IMG/VR virus record: IMGVR_UViG_3300008266_000014
Span: 91,531-155,530 of that record
Length of the DNA stretch: 64,000 nucleotides
Strand: one strand, 5' to 3'
Source of the DNA: a virus
A model generated the notes under the pieces. That model did not search any database and had not been told where the DNA came from. It saw only the letters and a list, made by a program, of their open reading frames with translations. Position 1 is the stretch's first letter, and every line of letters begins with the position of its first letter. Shown in pieces: positions 37,672 through 46,622 of this stretch. Both the position numbers and the translations under genes were made by a program.

Positions 37672-39078
37672 ATGAAACTATTTAAAAAACTTTCTATTGT
37701 AGTTGCACTAGCAGCAGTAATTCCTGCATATGCTGATGAGTATAAAGACACATTGAATATTCTAAGAGAGAAGAATGTAATCACTCAAAAAGAATATAAT
37801 GATAAACTGAAAGCATATGAAGAAAAAGAAGAAAACAAAAAGTTTTCAGAATATAGAATTGACAAAGATGTTAGCGATAGCAACAAGTGGAGACAAGCTA
37901 GAGCAAACGATGGGTCAGTTACAGAAAACGGAATCGGACTCAAATCAAAAGATGGGAACAATACTGCACAGTTTACAGGTAGAATTCATATGGACTATCG
38001 ACACTACACACCAGATTATGGTGTCGGTCAAACCACGGATTCGTATCAAAACTTAACAGAAGTTCGTCGTGCAAGATTTGGTGTTCGTGGTCAGTTTGCC
38101 AAAGACTTCAAATATCAGTTGTTAGCCAACTTTGGAGCAAGTGATGGGTTTAGTTCTACATCATCAACGGCAGATGAAATGTGGGTGAACTACGCAGCAA
38201 ATCCAGAAGCGCAGTTTCAGTTTGGTCTGTTTAAGATGCCATTTAGTCTTGAGCAATTGACGAGCTCGAACAATCTGGATTTTATGGAACGTAGCTTGAT
38301 TGGTCAGAATGATTCGGAATTAATTCCTGCAAAAGAAACTGGTTTTATGTTACATGGTGTACCAAAGCCTGGTCTTACATATGCCATAGCAGCAAGTAGA
38401 GGCAAAGCCAACAAGAACGCAGAGTTCGACGGTTTTGATTATATCGGTCGTGTAACCACCAACATTGCTGAACTAACGGGTAGCAAATCATATACTGCAC
38501 ACCTAGGTGCGGCCTATAGCATAGGTGAAATTAAAGGTGGTGTTATACCAGTTAGTGGTAGAACAGAATCACGTATGCAGTCTGCTTGGTTTACTGGAAC
38601 TGCGTTGAGTGGTGACACTACAAGAACACGCCAAGGACTAGAAGCAGCATTTGCATACAATGCTTTCAAAGTTCAAGGTGAACAGTTCAACTTCAAATAC
38701 GATCCACTAACCGGCAACAATCAAGAAATCAAAGGTTATTATGTGCAAGCAGTATATAATTTGACTGGCGAATCTCATGCATACAAAGACGGTGCATTTG
38801 GTTGGATTAAACCAAACAATGCAATCGACAAAGGTGGTAAGGGTGCGTGGCAAGTTGGTGTTCGTATGAGTGAGTTTGATGCAAGCACAATCACAGTTGC
38901 GACTGGCAAATCAAATCGTGCTACTGCCATGACATATGGTTTAACTTGGTTCTGCACAGATAACCTAAGATTTATAATAAACTACACTGACACCAAATTT
39001 GATGCATTAGTTGGTAGTTCTGGTAGCCGTGTAAATGGTGAGAAAGCAATCATGTTCAGAAGTCAATTGAGTTTCTAA
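37672..39078 (+). CDS. Phosphate-selective porin (OprO/OprP family)
   Basis: Signal peptide; RRARFG, FKMPFSLEQLTSS...FMERS, GAWQVG.R, terminal Phe. Confidence 0.9.
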   Translation: MKLFKKLSIVVALAAVIPAYADEYKDTLNILREKNVITQKEYNDKLKAYEEKEENKKFSEYRIDKDVSDSNKWRQARANDGSVTENGIGLKSKDGNNTAQFTGRIHMDYRHYTPDYGVGQTTDSYQNLTEVRRARFGVRGQFAKDFKYQLLANFGASDGFSSTSSTADEMWVNYAANPEAQFQFGLFKMPFSLEQLTSSNNLDFMERSLIGQNDSELIPAKETGFMLHGVPKPGLTYAIAASRGKANKNAEFDGFDYIGRVTTNIAELTGSKSYTAHLGAAYSIGEIKGGVIPVSGRTESRMQSAWFTGTALSGDTTRTRQGLEAAFAYNAFKVQGEQFNFKYDPLTGNNQEIKGYYVQAVYNLTGESHAYKDGAFGWIKPNNAIDKGGKGAWQVGVRMSEFDASTITVATGKSNRATAMTYGLTWFCTDNLRFIINYTDTKFDALVGSSGSRVNGEKAIMFRSQLSF

Positions 39079-39139
39079 TATAAAAAATCGGTCACAACGA
39101 TCAGGTGACGCTGGAACCGTAACCAGTAATTTATAGAAC

Positions 39140-39147
39140 TATAAATA
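39140..39147 (+). promoter_or_regulatory. T4-type late promoter TATAAATA
   Basis: Exact consensus. Confidence 0.7.
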
Positions 39148-39172
39148 TTCACTCCAGCCCAAGGAGTGCAAA

Positions 39173-39646
39173 ATGAAGAAAATAGCAGCAGCAGTTCTCT
39201 CTTTTTTGTTGGCTGCTTCTTCTTTTGCCCAGCAAACAGAATACAGCATGACGTTCATCAGGGATAAAGATGGCCAGTTAATAGTTATAGATAATGAAAA
39301 GGACTGGACTCTTATTGGATCTGCAGCCATATTTGATCTCTACATAGACAAATATATGTTCGAGCAGATGAAAGATGATTACTATCTTCACGGAGTTACA
39401 GTATATAAACCTGGCGAAGAACAAAAATTTGATGGGTTACCCTTCACTGTAAAGAAGATATATACATATGGACATCTGGTCTGTAAAGATAAGGTTCTTT
39501 ATGTCCTTAATCAGTGGTACACAACTGATAAAGGAGTCATTGTTTACAGCCAGTCTTATAACTATGGTGAATTCATTTCAGACATGAATGACCCAAATAC
39601 AACCAGAAACAAGGCTTACCATTTACTATGTGGAGAAAAAGTATGA
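39173..39646 (+). CDS. Secreted hypothetical protein
   Basis: Signal peptide SSFA. Confidence 0.65.
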   Translation: MKKIAAAVLSFLLAASSFAQQTEYSMTFIRDKDGQLIVIDNEKDWTLIGSAAIFDLYIDKYMFEQMKDDYYLHGVTVYKPGEEQKFDGLPFTVKKIYTYGHLVCKDKVLYVLNQWYTTDKGVIVYSQSYNYGEFISDMNDPNTTRNKAYHLLCGEKV

Positions 39647-39807
39647 TTGGTGACGATAAAAATATTAGAATCTGTAGAACGTGTGATGCAGAGTTTGCTA
39701 TAGATGGTTACAATATTGACGAAGAGATTTCATTCTGTCCTTACTGCGGTCATTTGATGGACTCTGAGCTAGACGAGGAGTTTTATGATGACGACAACCT
39801 CGACTAA
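39643..39807 (+). CDS. Small zinc-ribbon protein (54 aa, not in ORF track)
   Basis: CRTC...FCPYCG with acidic tail. Confidence 0.65.
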   Translation: MIGDDKNIRICRTCDAEFAIDGYNIDEEISFCPYCGHLMDSELDEEFYDDDNLD

Positions 39808-40213
39808 TTGGAAATTTAGCAATATTGATCTAACAGAAATCCCAGAAGATTATTATGGTTTCGTGTATAGAATAGTTGATAAAATTACCAATAGAGAATA
39901 TATTGGTAAGAAGTTCTTTTACTCCTCAAAAACCAGACAGGTGAAGGGTAAGAAGAGGAAAACAAAAGTGGAATCGGATTGGAAAGATTACTATGGTTCT
40001 AACGAAGAGCTTTTAAAGAACATAGGTGAACATGGTAAACATAATTTTGAGAGATATATTCTCAAGCTATGTAAAACCAAAGGCGAATGTACCTACTACG
40101 AATCAAAACATCAATTTGAAGAAGACGTTCTCCTGAATCCAAAAAAGTATTACAATACGTGGATAATGTGCAAAGTGCACAGAAAACATTTAAAATTAAC
40201 TGAAGCAGGGTAG
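39785..40213 (+). CDS. GIY-YIG-like nuclease-family protein
   Basis: YGFVY.I......YIGKK...ESDWKDYYGS; stop codon lies inside the tRNA 5' end. Confidence 0.8.
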   Translation: MMTTTSTNWKFSNIDLTEIPEDYYGFVYRIVDKITNREYIGKKFFYSSKTRQVKGKKRKTKVESDWKDYYGSNEELLKNIGEHGKHNFERYILKLCKTKGECTYYESKHQFEEDVLLNPKKYYNTWIMCKVHRKHLKLTEAG

Positions 40214-40278
40214 CGCAGCGGTAGCGCGCTGGACTCATAATCCAGAGGACGGGGGTTCGATTCCCTCCCCTGCAACCA
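40204..40278 (+). tRNA. tRNA-Met (CAT), initiator-like acceptor stem
   Basis: Cloverleaf AGCAGGG/CCCTGCA, anticodon loop CTCATAA, TTCGA, encoded CCA. Confidence 0.93.
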
Positions 40279-40289
40279 AACATAACATC

Positions 40290-41141
40290 ATGCTAGCACA
40301 ATCAACAACTAGATACGGAACTGTCATCCATTTCTACAACGATGACCCAATTGGTGCCTGTCTAACTCATTATGGTGAATGGGCTCAACAGGAGATGGAT
40401 CTTCTTGCTTCTGTACTTAGGCCAGATTCTCTTGTTATTGATGTGGGTGCTAACATCGGTACGCATACATTGTTTTTTTCTCAATATTGTAAAGAAGGTA
40501 GTGTTCTTGCCTTTGAACCCCAACAATACATCTACAATCTTCTCGTCACCAACATCACTATCAATAATAGATACAACGTCGTTCCTGTAAGAGCTGGTAT
40601 TTCAGATAAAGACTCTAAGATTCAAATGATGAACATTAGTCCTTTTGAAGAAAAGAAAAAGATTAATTATGGCGAGTTTAAGGTAAACGACGAAGCTAAT
40701 GCAGGGATGTATACTGATATCGTGAAACTTGATAATTACATAGATAATCTTGCAAGGTTAGACCTTATCAAGGTAGATGTCGAAGGAATGGAGATCAAAG
40801 TACTGGATGGAGCAAAGAAGCTTCTCAAAAAGTTCAAGCCTATTTTATATCTGGAGTTTAGTGAAAAGAATGGTAATCCAGATTTGATAAAAAAGTTAGA
40901 CTCGCTTGGGTACAAAAGTTTCCTGCATGTATATGAAAAACACAATCCCAACAACTTCAATAAACAAACACAAAATGTTTGGGAAGAGGATGGGTTTATT
41001 CTAACCAAAGAAAATATGCATAAGCGATATGATGCCAGTATTATCTGTTTCCATAAAGATACAGGAGCGGAATGCGATCTTCCTTTAGTATCAGAAAAGA
41101 CTACCTTGTTTGACTTTTTGTTTGATAAGGCATTGATCTAG
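40290..41141 (+). CDS. FkbM-family SAM methyltransferase
   Basis: IDVGANIGTH, AFEPQ, IKVDVEGME..VL.GA. Confidence 0.92.
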   Translation: MLAQSTTRYGTVIHFYNDDPIGACLTHYGEWAQQEMDLLASVLRPDSLVIDVGANIGTHTLFFSQYCKEGSVLAFEPQQYIYNLLVTNITINNRYNVVPVRAGISDKDSKIQMMNISPFEEKKKINYGEFKVNDEANAGMYTDIVKLDNYIDNLARLDLIKVDVEGMEIKVLDGAKKLLKKFKPILYLEFSEKNGNPDLIKKLDSLGYKSFLHVYEKHNPNNFNKQTQNVWEEDGFILTKENMHKRYDASIICFHKDTGAECDLPLVSEKTTLFDFLFDKALI

Positions 41142-41311
41142 TACCGCCAGGTTTTCTTGCCCTGATGAAGCTGATATTTTTTAATAGTTTCTTTCACTAA
41201 TTGTTCTGGGTACCTCAACCTCAAGCATATCTCTTCTACATCGAAACCATGATCTCTGTACATTCTTGTAACTAGATCAACACGAATGTGGTTAAGTGCA
41301 CCATTACTCAT
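41138..41311 (-). CDS. Small HTH-like protein
   Basis: ATG 41311 overlaps upstream stop; GFDVEEICLRL. Confidence 0.5.
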   Translation of the reverse strand: MSNGALNHIRVDLVTRMYRDHGFDVEEICLRLRYPEQLVKETIKKYQLHQGKKTWRY

Positions 41312-42080
41312 CCTTGACCTCACAGTCAATCCACTTTAAATTGTTGTACCAATTGTAGACCGCATTTCCTTTTGGTATCAAACAACGTCCAAGCTCTGGA
41401 TAAACATCAATTCTAACCTGAACAACAGCCCATACTAACCATATCAAATACAACGACACTACCGAGGCTATTCCATACTTCCAAGCATTACACTTGATAT
41501 GTTGTATCCTACGACGTTTTTTGGCTGCAGTAATCTTATCTTCTGCTCTCTTCTTCTTCCAGGCAGCAGCTTGCTGCTTCTTCATTCTCTCCATCATTTT
41601 CTCTACACGTGTGTAGAGATCACCCAGCTCTGGTGGGCAATTGTAAACCATAAGCTCACGAAGCTCAGCTTGCATGGCAGTAAGACGACTCTGCATTAAT
41701 ACTCTTTGCAGCGCTCTCTTACCCAGGCTTACTTCACCTGTGTAAACTTCATTATCATGCTTTTCTTCTTCTTCAAATATTGCACTGCACTTAGCATAGT
41801 TTTCAAAATAAACACCTAGTTCTTCACCAATTTGAGTATAAATGTCATTCGGTTGCTGCTTGCTTAATTCTAATATACGGTTTTTTTCTTGGATGTACTG
41901 GTTGCGTTCAGCTGTACTGGGAGCTCTGTCTTTGAACTTGAAATTGAATTGTTCTTCAAGGTCATTTAATACTCCCTTCACATCACTTGCTGCACCTGCA
42001 ATTTCTTTATATAATTCACATCCTTTTTTTACTGCTTGAACGGCACCATTCGCTAATGCGAAAAGTGTCAATGGATCCAT
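41304..42080 (-). CDS. Membrane-anchored hypothetical protein
   Basis: MDP.T..A.A N-terminus, coiled coil, C-terminal TM. Confidence 0.7.
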   Translation of the reverse strand: MDPLTLFALANGAVQAVKKGCELYKEIAGAASDVKGVLNDLEEQFNFKFKDRAPSTAERNQYIQEKNRILELSKQQPNDIYTQIGEELGVYFENYAKCSAIFEEEEKHDNEVYTGEVSLGKRALQRVLMQSRLTAMQAELRELMVYNCPPELGDLYTRVEKMMERMKKQQAAAWKKKRAEDKITAAKKRRRIQHIKCNAWKYGIASVVSLYLIWLVWAVVQVRIDVYPELGRCLIPKGNAVYNWYNNLKWIDCEVKDE

Positions 42081-42506
42081 TTAGGGTTTAAGCTCTCCTC
42101 TTGCGATCAGTGCTTGTTTGTTCTTTAGATGCATTTCTTGTACGAGCTGTTTGTTCTCACCTTGGTACGCTACTGCATAGTTGTTCTCACACATCCACTC
42201 GTTGAGACTTTTACCATCTTCCATAACAAACACACCAAGGATTCGACCAAACTTATCGTCAACATCATCTGCTTTAAGAGTTCTAATTGTCTGCCAAGAC
42301 CCGAGTGGTAACTTCTCAGCCAACTTTTTTTTGGACAGCTGTCCTCTTGGCTTCTCTTCTTCATTAGATGTTCTTGACTCTGGTGTATCGATTCCTGCCA
42401 TACGAACTCTTTGATTGGCAAGAATAATATTGAAACCTAGATCAAGATCGATATCGACGGTGTCACCATCAAGAACTTTGTTTATTCTGCATCTATATTG
42501 AAACAT
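42081..42506 (-). CDS. Thermonuclease (SNase-like)
   Basis: DGDT, R.AGIDTPE, DKFGRILG. Confidence 0.92.
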   Translation of the reverse strand: MFQYRCRINKVLDGDTVDIDLDLGFNIILANQRVRMAGIDTPESRTSNEEEKPRGQLSKKKLAEKLPLGSWQTIRTLKADDVDDKFGRILGVFVMEDGKSLNEWMCENNYAVAYQGENKQLVQEMHLKNKQALIARGELKP

Positions 42507-42515
42507 TTTGATCCT

Positions 42516-42743
42516 CTATTTAAACCTCACACACAACTTCATGTGATCGGCAAGGTTAATGACGTATTGATCAGCTTCTTTTAACCAAGGGGACCAAAAA
42601 TGATTAGTATAATTATTTAATGCTTTTGTGTAGCTCAAAAAGCCTTCTTGCTTCAGATTAATAAAATCACAAAGAAACTGTTGATTTCTCTCTACCACAT
42701 GATTGATAGTGATAGTAGGGTATTGCGGCATTAGGTGGAACAT
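42516..42743 (-). CDS. Hypothetical protein
   Basis: ATG 42743 with GGGAG RBS, downstream of a minus-strand late promoter. Confidence 0.55.
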   Translation of the reverse strand: MFHLMPQYPTITINHVVERNQQFLCDFINLKQEGFLSYTKALNNYTNHFWSPWLKEADQYVINLADHMKLCVRFK

Positions 42744-42763
42744 TGCTTCTCCCTGTTTCCTTA

Positions 42764-42771
42764 TATTTATA
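42764..42771 (-). promoter_or_regulatory. T4-type late promoter TATAAATA (minus strand)
   Basis: TATTTATA on + strand heads the only clear minus-strand operon. Confidence 0.7.
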
Positions 42772-42783
42772 ATAACCTGCAAA

Positions 42784-43527
42784 ATGAAGAATGTATACAT
42801 TTTCGATGTAGATGGAACTCTGACCCCGAGCAGAGATTCAATGGATCCCACTTTCAAAAAGTGGTTCAAATCTTGGCTCAAAAAAGGAAGTAAAGAGGTC
42901 TATTTTGCCACTGGTAGCGACTATCCGAAGACACAGGAGCAGGTAGGAAATGATCTCCTAGACTCCGTTCAGGCAGTTTTCTGCTGCGCTGGTAACGCCA
43001 TCTACCATAAAGGTCAGCTAAAGTATTCGAGCAAGTGGACATTGAAAGAACCAATGGTTCAGTGGCTGAATGAGCAGTTATATTTTAGCTTGTTCACTGG
43101 AAAAACTGAGCGTCACATTGAAAACAGAATCGGTCTTGTCAACTTCAGTGTTGTTGGTAGAGCAGCTAATAAAGAGCAGCGTGCCAAGTATGTAGAGTAT
43201 GATAAAAAGACTGGTGAACGAAAAAAGATTGCCAAGCTCTTTAATGAGAAGTTTGGTAGCCAAGCCATTGCCCAAGTCGCGGGTGAAACTGGTATTGATA
43301 TTATGGAGCCAGCCAAAGATAAAAGTCAGATCGCCAAGTACTTTGCAGAACCATTTGTTCATGTTTACTTTTTTGGGGATCAGATGGAGATTGGTGGAAA
43401 CGACTTTCCTCTGGCTCTCGCTTTGAAAGAGAACTATATACACATGAAACAAAGTAAAGCTACTACGGTGAAAGTGAAGAGCTGGAAAGAAACTTGGAAT
43501 TATCTACAGAAAATGGAGAATAGCTAA
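42784..43527 (+). CDS. HAD-IIB phosphomannomutase-like protein
   Basis: FDVDGTLT, TGSD, NFS.VGR, FFGD....GND. Confidence 0.88.
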   Translation: MKNVYIFDVDGTLTPSRDSMDPTFKKWFKSWLKKGSKEVYFATGSDYPKTQEQVGNDLLDSVQAVFCCAGNAIYHKGQLKYSSKWTLKEPMVQWLNEQLYFSLFTGKTERHIENRIGLVNFSVVGRAANKEQRAKYVEYDKKTGERKKIAKLFNEKFGSQAIAQVAGETGIDIMEPAKDKSQIAKYFAEPFVHVYFFGDQMEIGGNDFPLALALKENYIHMKQSKATTVKVKSWKETWNYLQKMENS

Positions 43528-43706
43528 TGAAAGCTGGAAGCAACTTTAAGATGGAAAAGGAAGTTAAACGAGTTGCAGCTACGTTTACTGATTCGTCTTT
43601 ACGTGGTGAGTATAAGAGAGCGATGATTAGTGCTCAACTGGCCTTTGAAAAAGCCAAGCGTGATGCAATGAGACAGAAACGTATTGATGCTGGTGGTGAC
43701 GAATAA
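43527..43706 (+). CDS. Small hypothetical protein (59 aa, not in ORF track)
   Basis: MKAGSNFKMEKEVKR...; TAATG overlaps at both ends. Confidence 0.6.
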   Translation: MKAGSNFKMEKEVKRVAATFTDSSLRGEYKRAMISAQLAFEKAKRDAMRQKRIDAGGDE

Positions 43707-44653
43707 TGGAAGTTAATGAGTTGTCAAAGAATGCGAAGGGTGGAACCGAGCTAATGCTCGAAGCCCTCCACAACAACATCCCAAAAGATCTTCTCGAATA
43801 TTTTCAAATCATTCCTTCTCGTGTAAGAGAAATTGATGATTCTAAAATTAAAATATACTGGTTGCACGACTTACCAGGAGATCCAGAATCGGAACACTTA
43901 CGAAACGGTGGGTGGAATAGATTTGATAAACTGGTATTTGTTTCCAACTGGCAAATGCAAGCGTATCAGAAACACTATGGCCTTCCATGGTACAAGTGTG
44001 TTGTTCTTCATAACGCTATCGAACCTATCGACTATGTTCAAAAACCTACTGACAAAATCAGATTTATATATCATACTACTCCTCATCGTGGTCTCAATAT
44101 CCTGGTTTCCACTTTTGATGCTCTATCTAAGCGTCACCCTAACCTAGAGCTCGATGTCTATTCGAGCTTCAAGATCTACGGTTGGGAACAAAGAGATGAA
44201 CCATACAAAGAGTTGTTCGACTTCTGTAGAGAACATCCAAACATCAACTACCATGGGTCAGTACCAAATGACGAGATAAGAAAAGCTCTCCAGCGTTCTC
44301 ATTTCTATCTATACCCCAACACATGGCTTGAGACTTCTTGCATTAGTCTTCTCGAAGCAATGTCAGCTGGTGTCTTTTGTATTCATCCAAACTATGGTGC
44401 TCTGTATGAAACAGCTGCTAACTGGACATGGATGTATCAATGGCAAGAGAGTGAACGCGATCATATGAAAGCAGCATTTGATCTTGCATCCACTGCGATT
44501 GATATCTATCAGGAAAACGATGTGCAGAAAACTTTACTTGCACAAAAAGCATATATTGATGCCTTTTACAGTTGGTCGAATAGAAGAAATCAATGGATAA
44601 ATCTTTTCAAAGTTCTTCTGAAAGAGCACAGACGAATAGACTACGACAGGTGA
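43706..44653 (+). CDS. GT-B glycosyltransferase (GT4-like)
   Basis: GGTE, WLHD, HTTPHRGL, YP..W.ETSCISLLEAM.AG. Confidence 0.88.
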   Translation: MEVNELSKNAKGGTELMLEALHNNIPKDLLEYFQIIPSRVREIDDSKIKIYWLHDLPGDPESEHLRNGGWNRFDKLVFVSNWQMQAYQKHYGLPWYKCVVLHNAIEPIDYVQKPTDKIRFIYHTTPHRGLNILVSTFDALSKRHPNLELDVYSSFKIYGWEQRDEPYKELFDFCREHPNINYHGSVPNDEIRKALQRSHFYLYPNTWLETSCISLLEAMSAGVFCIHPNYGALYETAANWTWMYQWQESERDHMKAAFDLASTAIDIYQENDVQKTLLAQKAYIDAFYSWSNRRNQWINLFKVLLKEHRRIDYDR

Positions 44654-44660
44654 TAAAATT

Positions 44661-45506
44661 ATTATTGTAGATTTCAACCAAGTCTGCATCTCTAACTTAA
44701 TGATGCAGATTGGTAATCACACAAATCTTGCAGTTGAGGAGGGTCTTGTTCGTCACATGATCCTCAACTCTCTTCGTCTATACAAACAAAAGTTCGGACG
44801 TGTGTACGGTCAGATGGTGATTGCTTGTGATGACAAGCACTACTGGCGAAAGGATATCTTTCCTCACTATAAAGCTGGACGAAAAAAGATGAGAGAGCAA
44901 AGTGACCTTGATTGGCCTACTCTTTTCGAGACTCTAAATAAAATTAGAGACGAGATCAAACAGCATCTTCCATATACAGTTGTTCAGGTTGACAACTGCG
45001 AGGCTGATGATATTATTGCTACGATCTGTTTTAATAGTAGTGAAGATGTTTTGATTCTTTCAGCCGATAAGGATTTCATTCAGCTTCACAACGAACGTGT
45101 AATTCAATTTGATCCTATCAGAAAACGAAATGTTCAGGTTGATGATCCAAAGAGATACTTAAAAGAATTAGTAATTAAGGGTGATAGTGGTGATGGGATT
45201 CCTAATGCTTTGTCTAGTGATAATTGTTTTGTGGAGAACATACGTCAAAGACCAGTAAACAAACAAAGGCTTGCCGAGTGGTTGGATATGTCATGGGAAG
45301 ATCTTTACAATACAGTTCCCGAGCTAAAAGTTGGGTTAGAAAGAAATCACAAGTTAATTAGTCTCAAACAAATGCCAAAAGACATAAGTGAGAAGATTTG
45401 GCAGGAGTATCAGAAACAACTCGCAACACCAAAAAAGGTAAATATTGTTGGTTACCTACAAGAACATAAACTGAAAACATTGATGGAACACGCCGGAGAT
45501 TTTTAA
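44661..45506 (+). CDS. rnh: T4-type RNase H / 5'-3' exonuclease (probable ATT start at 44658-44664)
   Basis: IVDFNQ N-terminal motif upstream of the first ATG; WRK..FP.YKA.R, EADDII, SADKDF.QL, GDSGDGIPN. Confidence 0.92.
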   Translation: MIVDFNQVCISNLMMQIGNHTNLAVEEGLVRHMILNSLRLYKQKFGRVYGQMVIACDDKHYWRKDIFPHYKAGRKKMREQSDLDWPTLFETLNKIRDEIKQHLPYTVVQVDNCEADDIIATICFNSSEDVLILSADKDFIQLHNERVIQFDPIRKRNVQVDDPKRYLKELVIKGDSGDGIPNALSSDNCFVENIRQRPVNKQRLAEWLDMSWEDLYNTVPELKVGLERNHKLISLKQMPKDISEKIWQEYQKQLATPKKVNIVGYLQEHKLKTLMEHAGDF

Positions 45507-45922
45507 TGAAACTTAGTCTATCTGAAATTCTAAAGAATGCATCTGAATTTGATAAGAAGCAAGATAAATTTAACTACTTGCTTTCTAATGATTCTCCAGC
45601 ATTGAGAGCAATACTCAAATACGCCTACGATGAAAAAGTAAAGTTCTTGCTGCCCGAAGGTGATCCTCCGTACAAGCCAAACGAACTTCCTGACCAAGAA
45701 GGAATTCTCTACAGCGAGCTTCGTAGACTGTATTTGTTTATTGAAGGTGGTAACCCAAACTTGAAGCCAATGAGAAGAGAATATCTTTTTGTGCAGTTGC
45801 TAGAAACTGTCAACAAAGATGATGCTAAACTCCTCCTTGCTGTCAAGGACAAAAAGATCCCGTACAAGGGAATCACTAAGAAATTTGTTGAAGAACTATA
45901 CCCAGGACTTTTAGAGGGATGA
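45506..45922 (+). CDS. Conserved T4-like phage protein
   Basis: LPEG.PPY, RRE.LF.QLLE..KDK; usual position after rnh. Confidence 0.75.
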   Translation: MKLSLSEILKNASEFDKKQDKFNYLLSNDSPALRAILKYAYDEKVKFLLPEGDPPYKPNELPDQEGILYSELRRLYLFIEGGNPNLKPMRREYLFVQLLETVNKDDAKLLLAVKDKKIPYKGITKKFVEELYPGLLEG

Positions 45923-45923
45923 A

Positions 45924-46112
45924 ATGAGCAAGACGAACAAGCAGTACCGAACTCTTGATGAGAAACAACATCACATTTCCAAAGCAATAAAAAAAGAGTT
46001 TACAGAAAGGTCAGTAAAAAATATTGATCGAGCACTGAGAAGCAAACGATACGAACAGTTCTACGATGAACTAGATCACGACAGAGAAAAGGAGTATTGG
46101 GATGAACGGTAA
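45924..46112 (+). CDS. Small hypothetical protein
   Basis: Tandem ORF. Confidence 0.55.
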   Translation: MSKTNKQYRTLDEKQHHISKAIKKEFTERSVKNIDRALRSKRYEQFYDELDHDREKEYWDER

Positions 46113-46320
46113 TTGGTTTTGGCGAAGTTCATTCGCAATTTGGATAGAAGGAAAGTTAATTTCTCTTACAAACTGGTTCTGGAATAAAAGACATCCACCA
46201 ACCCCTAAACAGCGCAGCGCGCCTACCACAAATGAAATTTCGAAAGAGAACACGTCTAAAAAAAGAGCTGCTAAAAAAGCTCCTGCTAAAAAGAAAAGTG
46301 ACTGGAGCGTAAAAGAGTAA
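46102..46320 (+). CDS. Small basic hypothetical protein
   Basis: AGGAG RBS; Lys/Ala tail. Confidence 0.55.
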   Translation: MNGNWFWRSSFAIWIEGKLISLTNWFWNKRHPPTPKQRSAPTTNEISKENTSKKRAAKKAPAKKKSDWSVKE

Positions 46321-46622
46321 TGCCCTTTTATAAATTCTTGAATATGGATTCAGGTGAAGTTGAGCAGCACTCTTTAAGAATCTCTGAGTACGATCAATTC
46401 AAAGAAGCCAACCCTCATCTAGAAAGGTACTTCGAATCTGAGGATGTTCCCCCTACGATTGGTGGTGTAGGAGGAATCAAAACAGATGGTGGTTTCAAAG
46501 AAGTCCTTTCTAAGGTAGCAGAAGCTCATCCAAATAGTGCACTCGCACAGAAAACTACCACAAGATCTTCCACGCAAGTGAAGACTGATCAAGTGAAGAA
46601 AAAACACGGACTGACAACTTGA
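46320..46622 (+). CDS. Conserved small protein (FmdB-like N-terminus)
   Basis: MP.Y.F, NPHL, GF.EVLSK.AEAHP.S. Confidence 0.7.
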   Translation: MPFYKFLNMDSGEVEQHSLRISEYDQFKEANPHLERYFESEDVPPTIGGVGGIKTDGGFKEVLSKVAEAHPNSALAQKTTTRSSTQVKTDQVKKKHGLTT

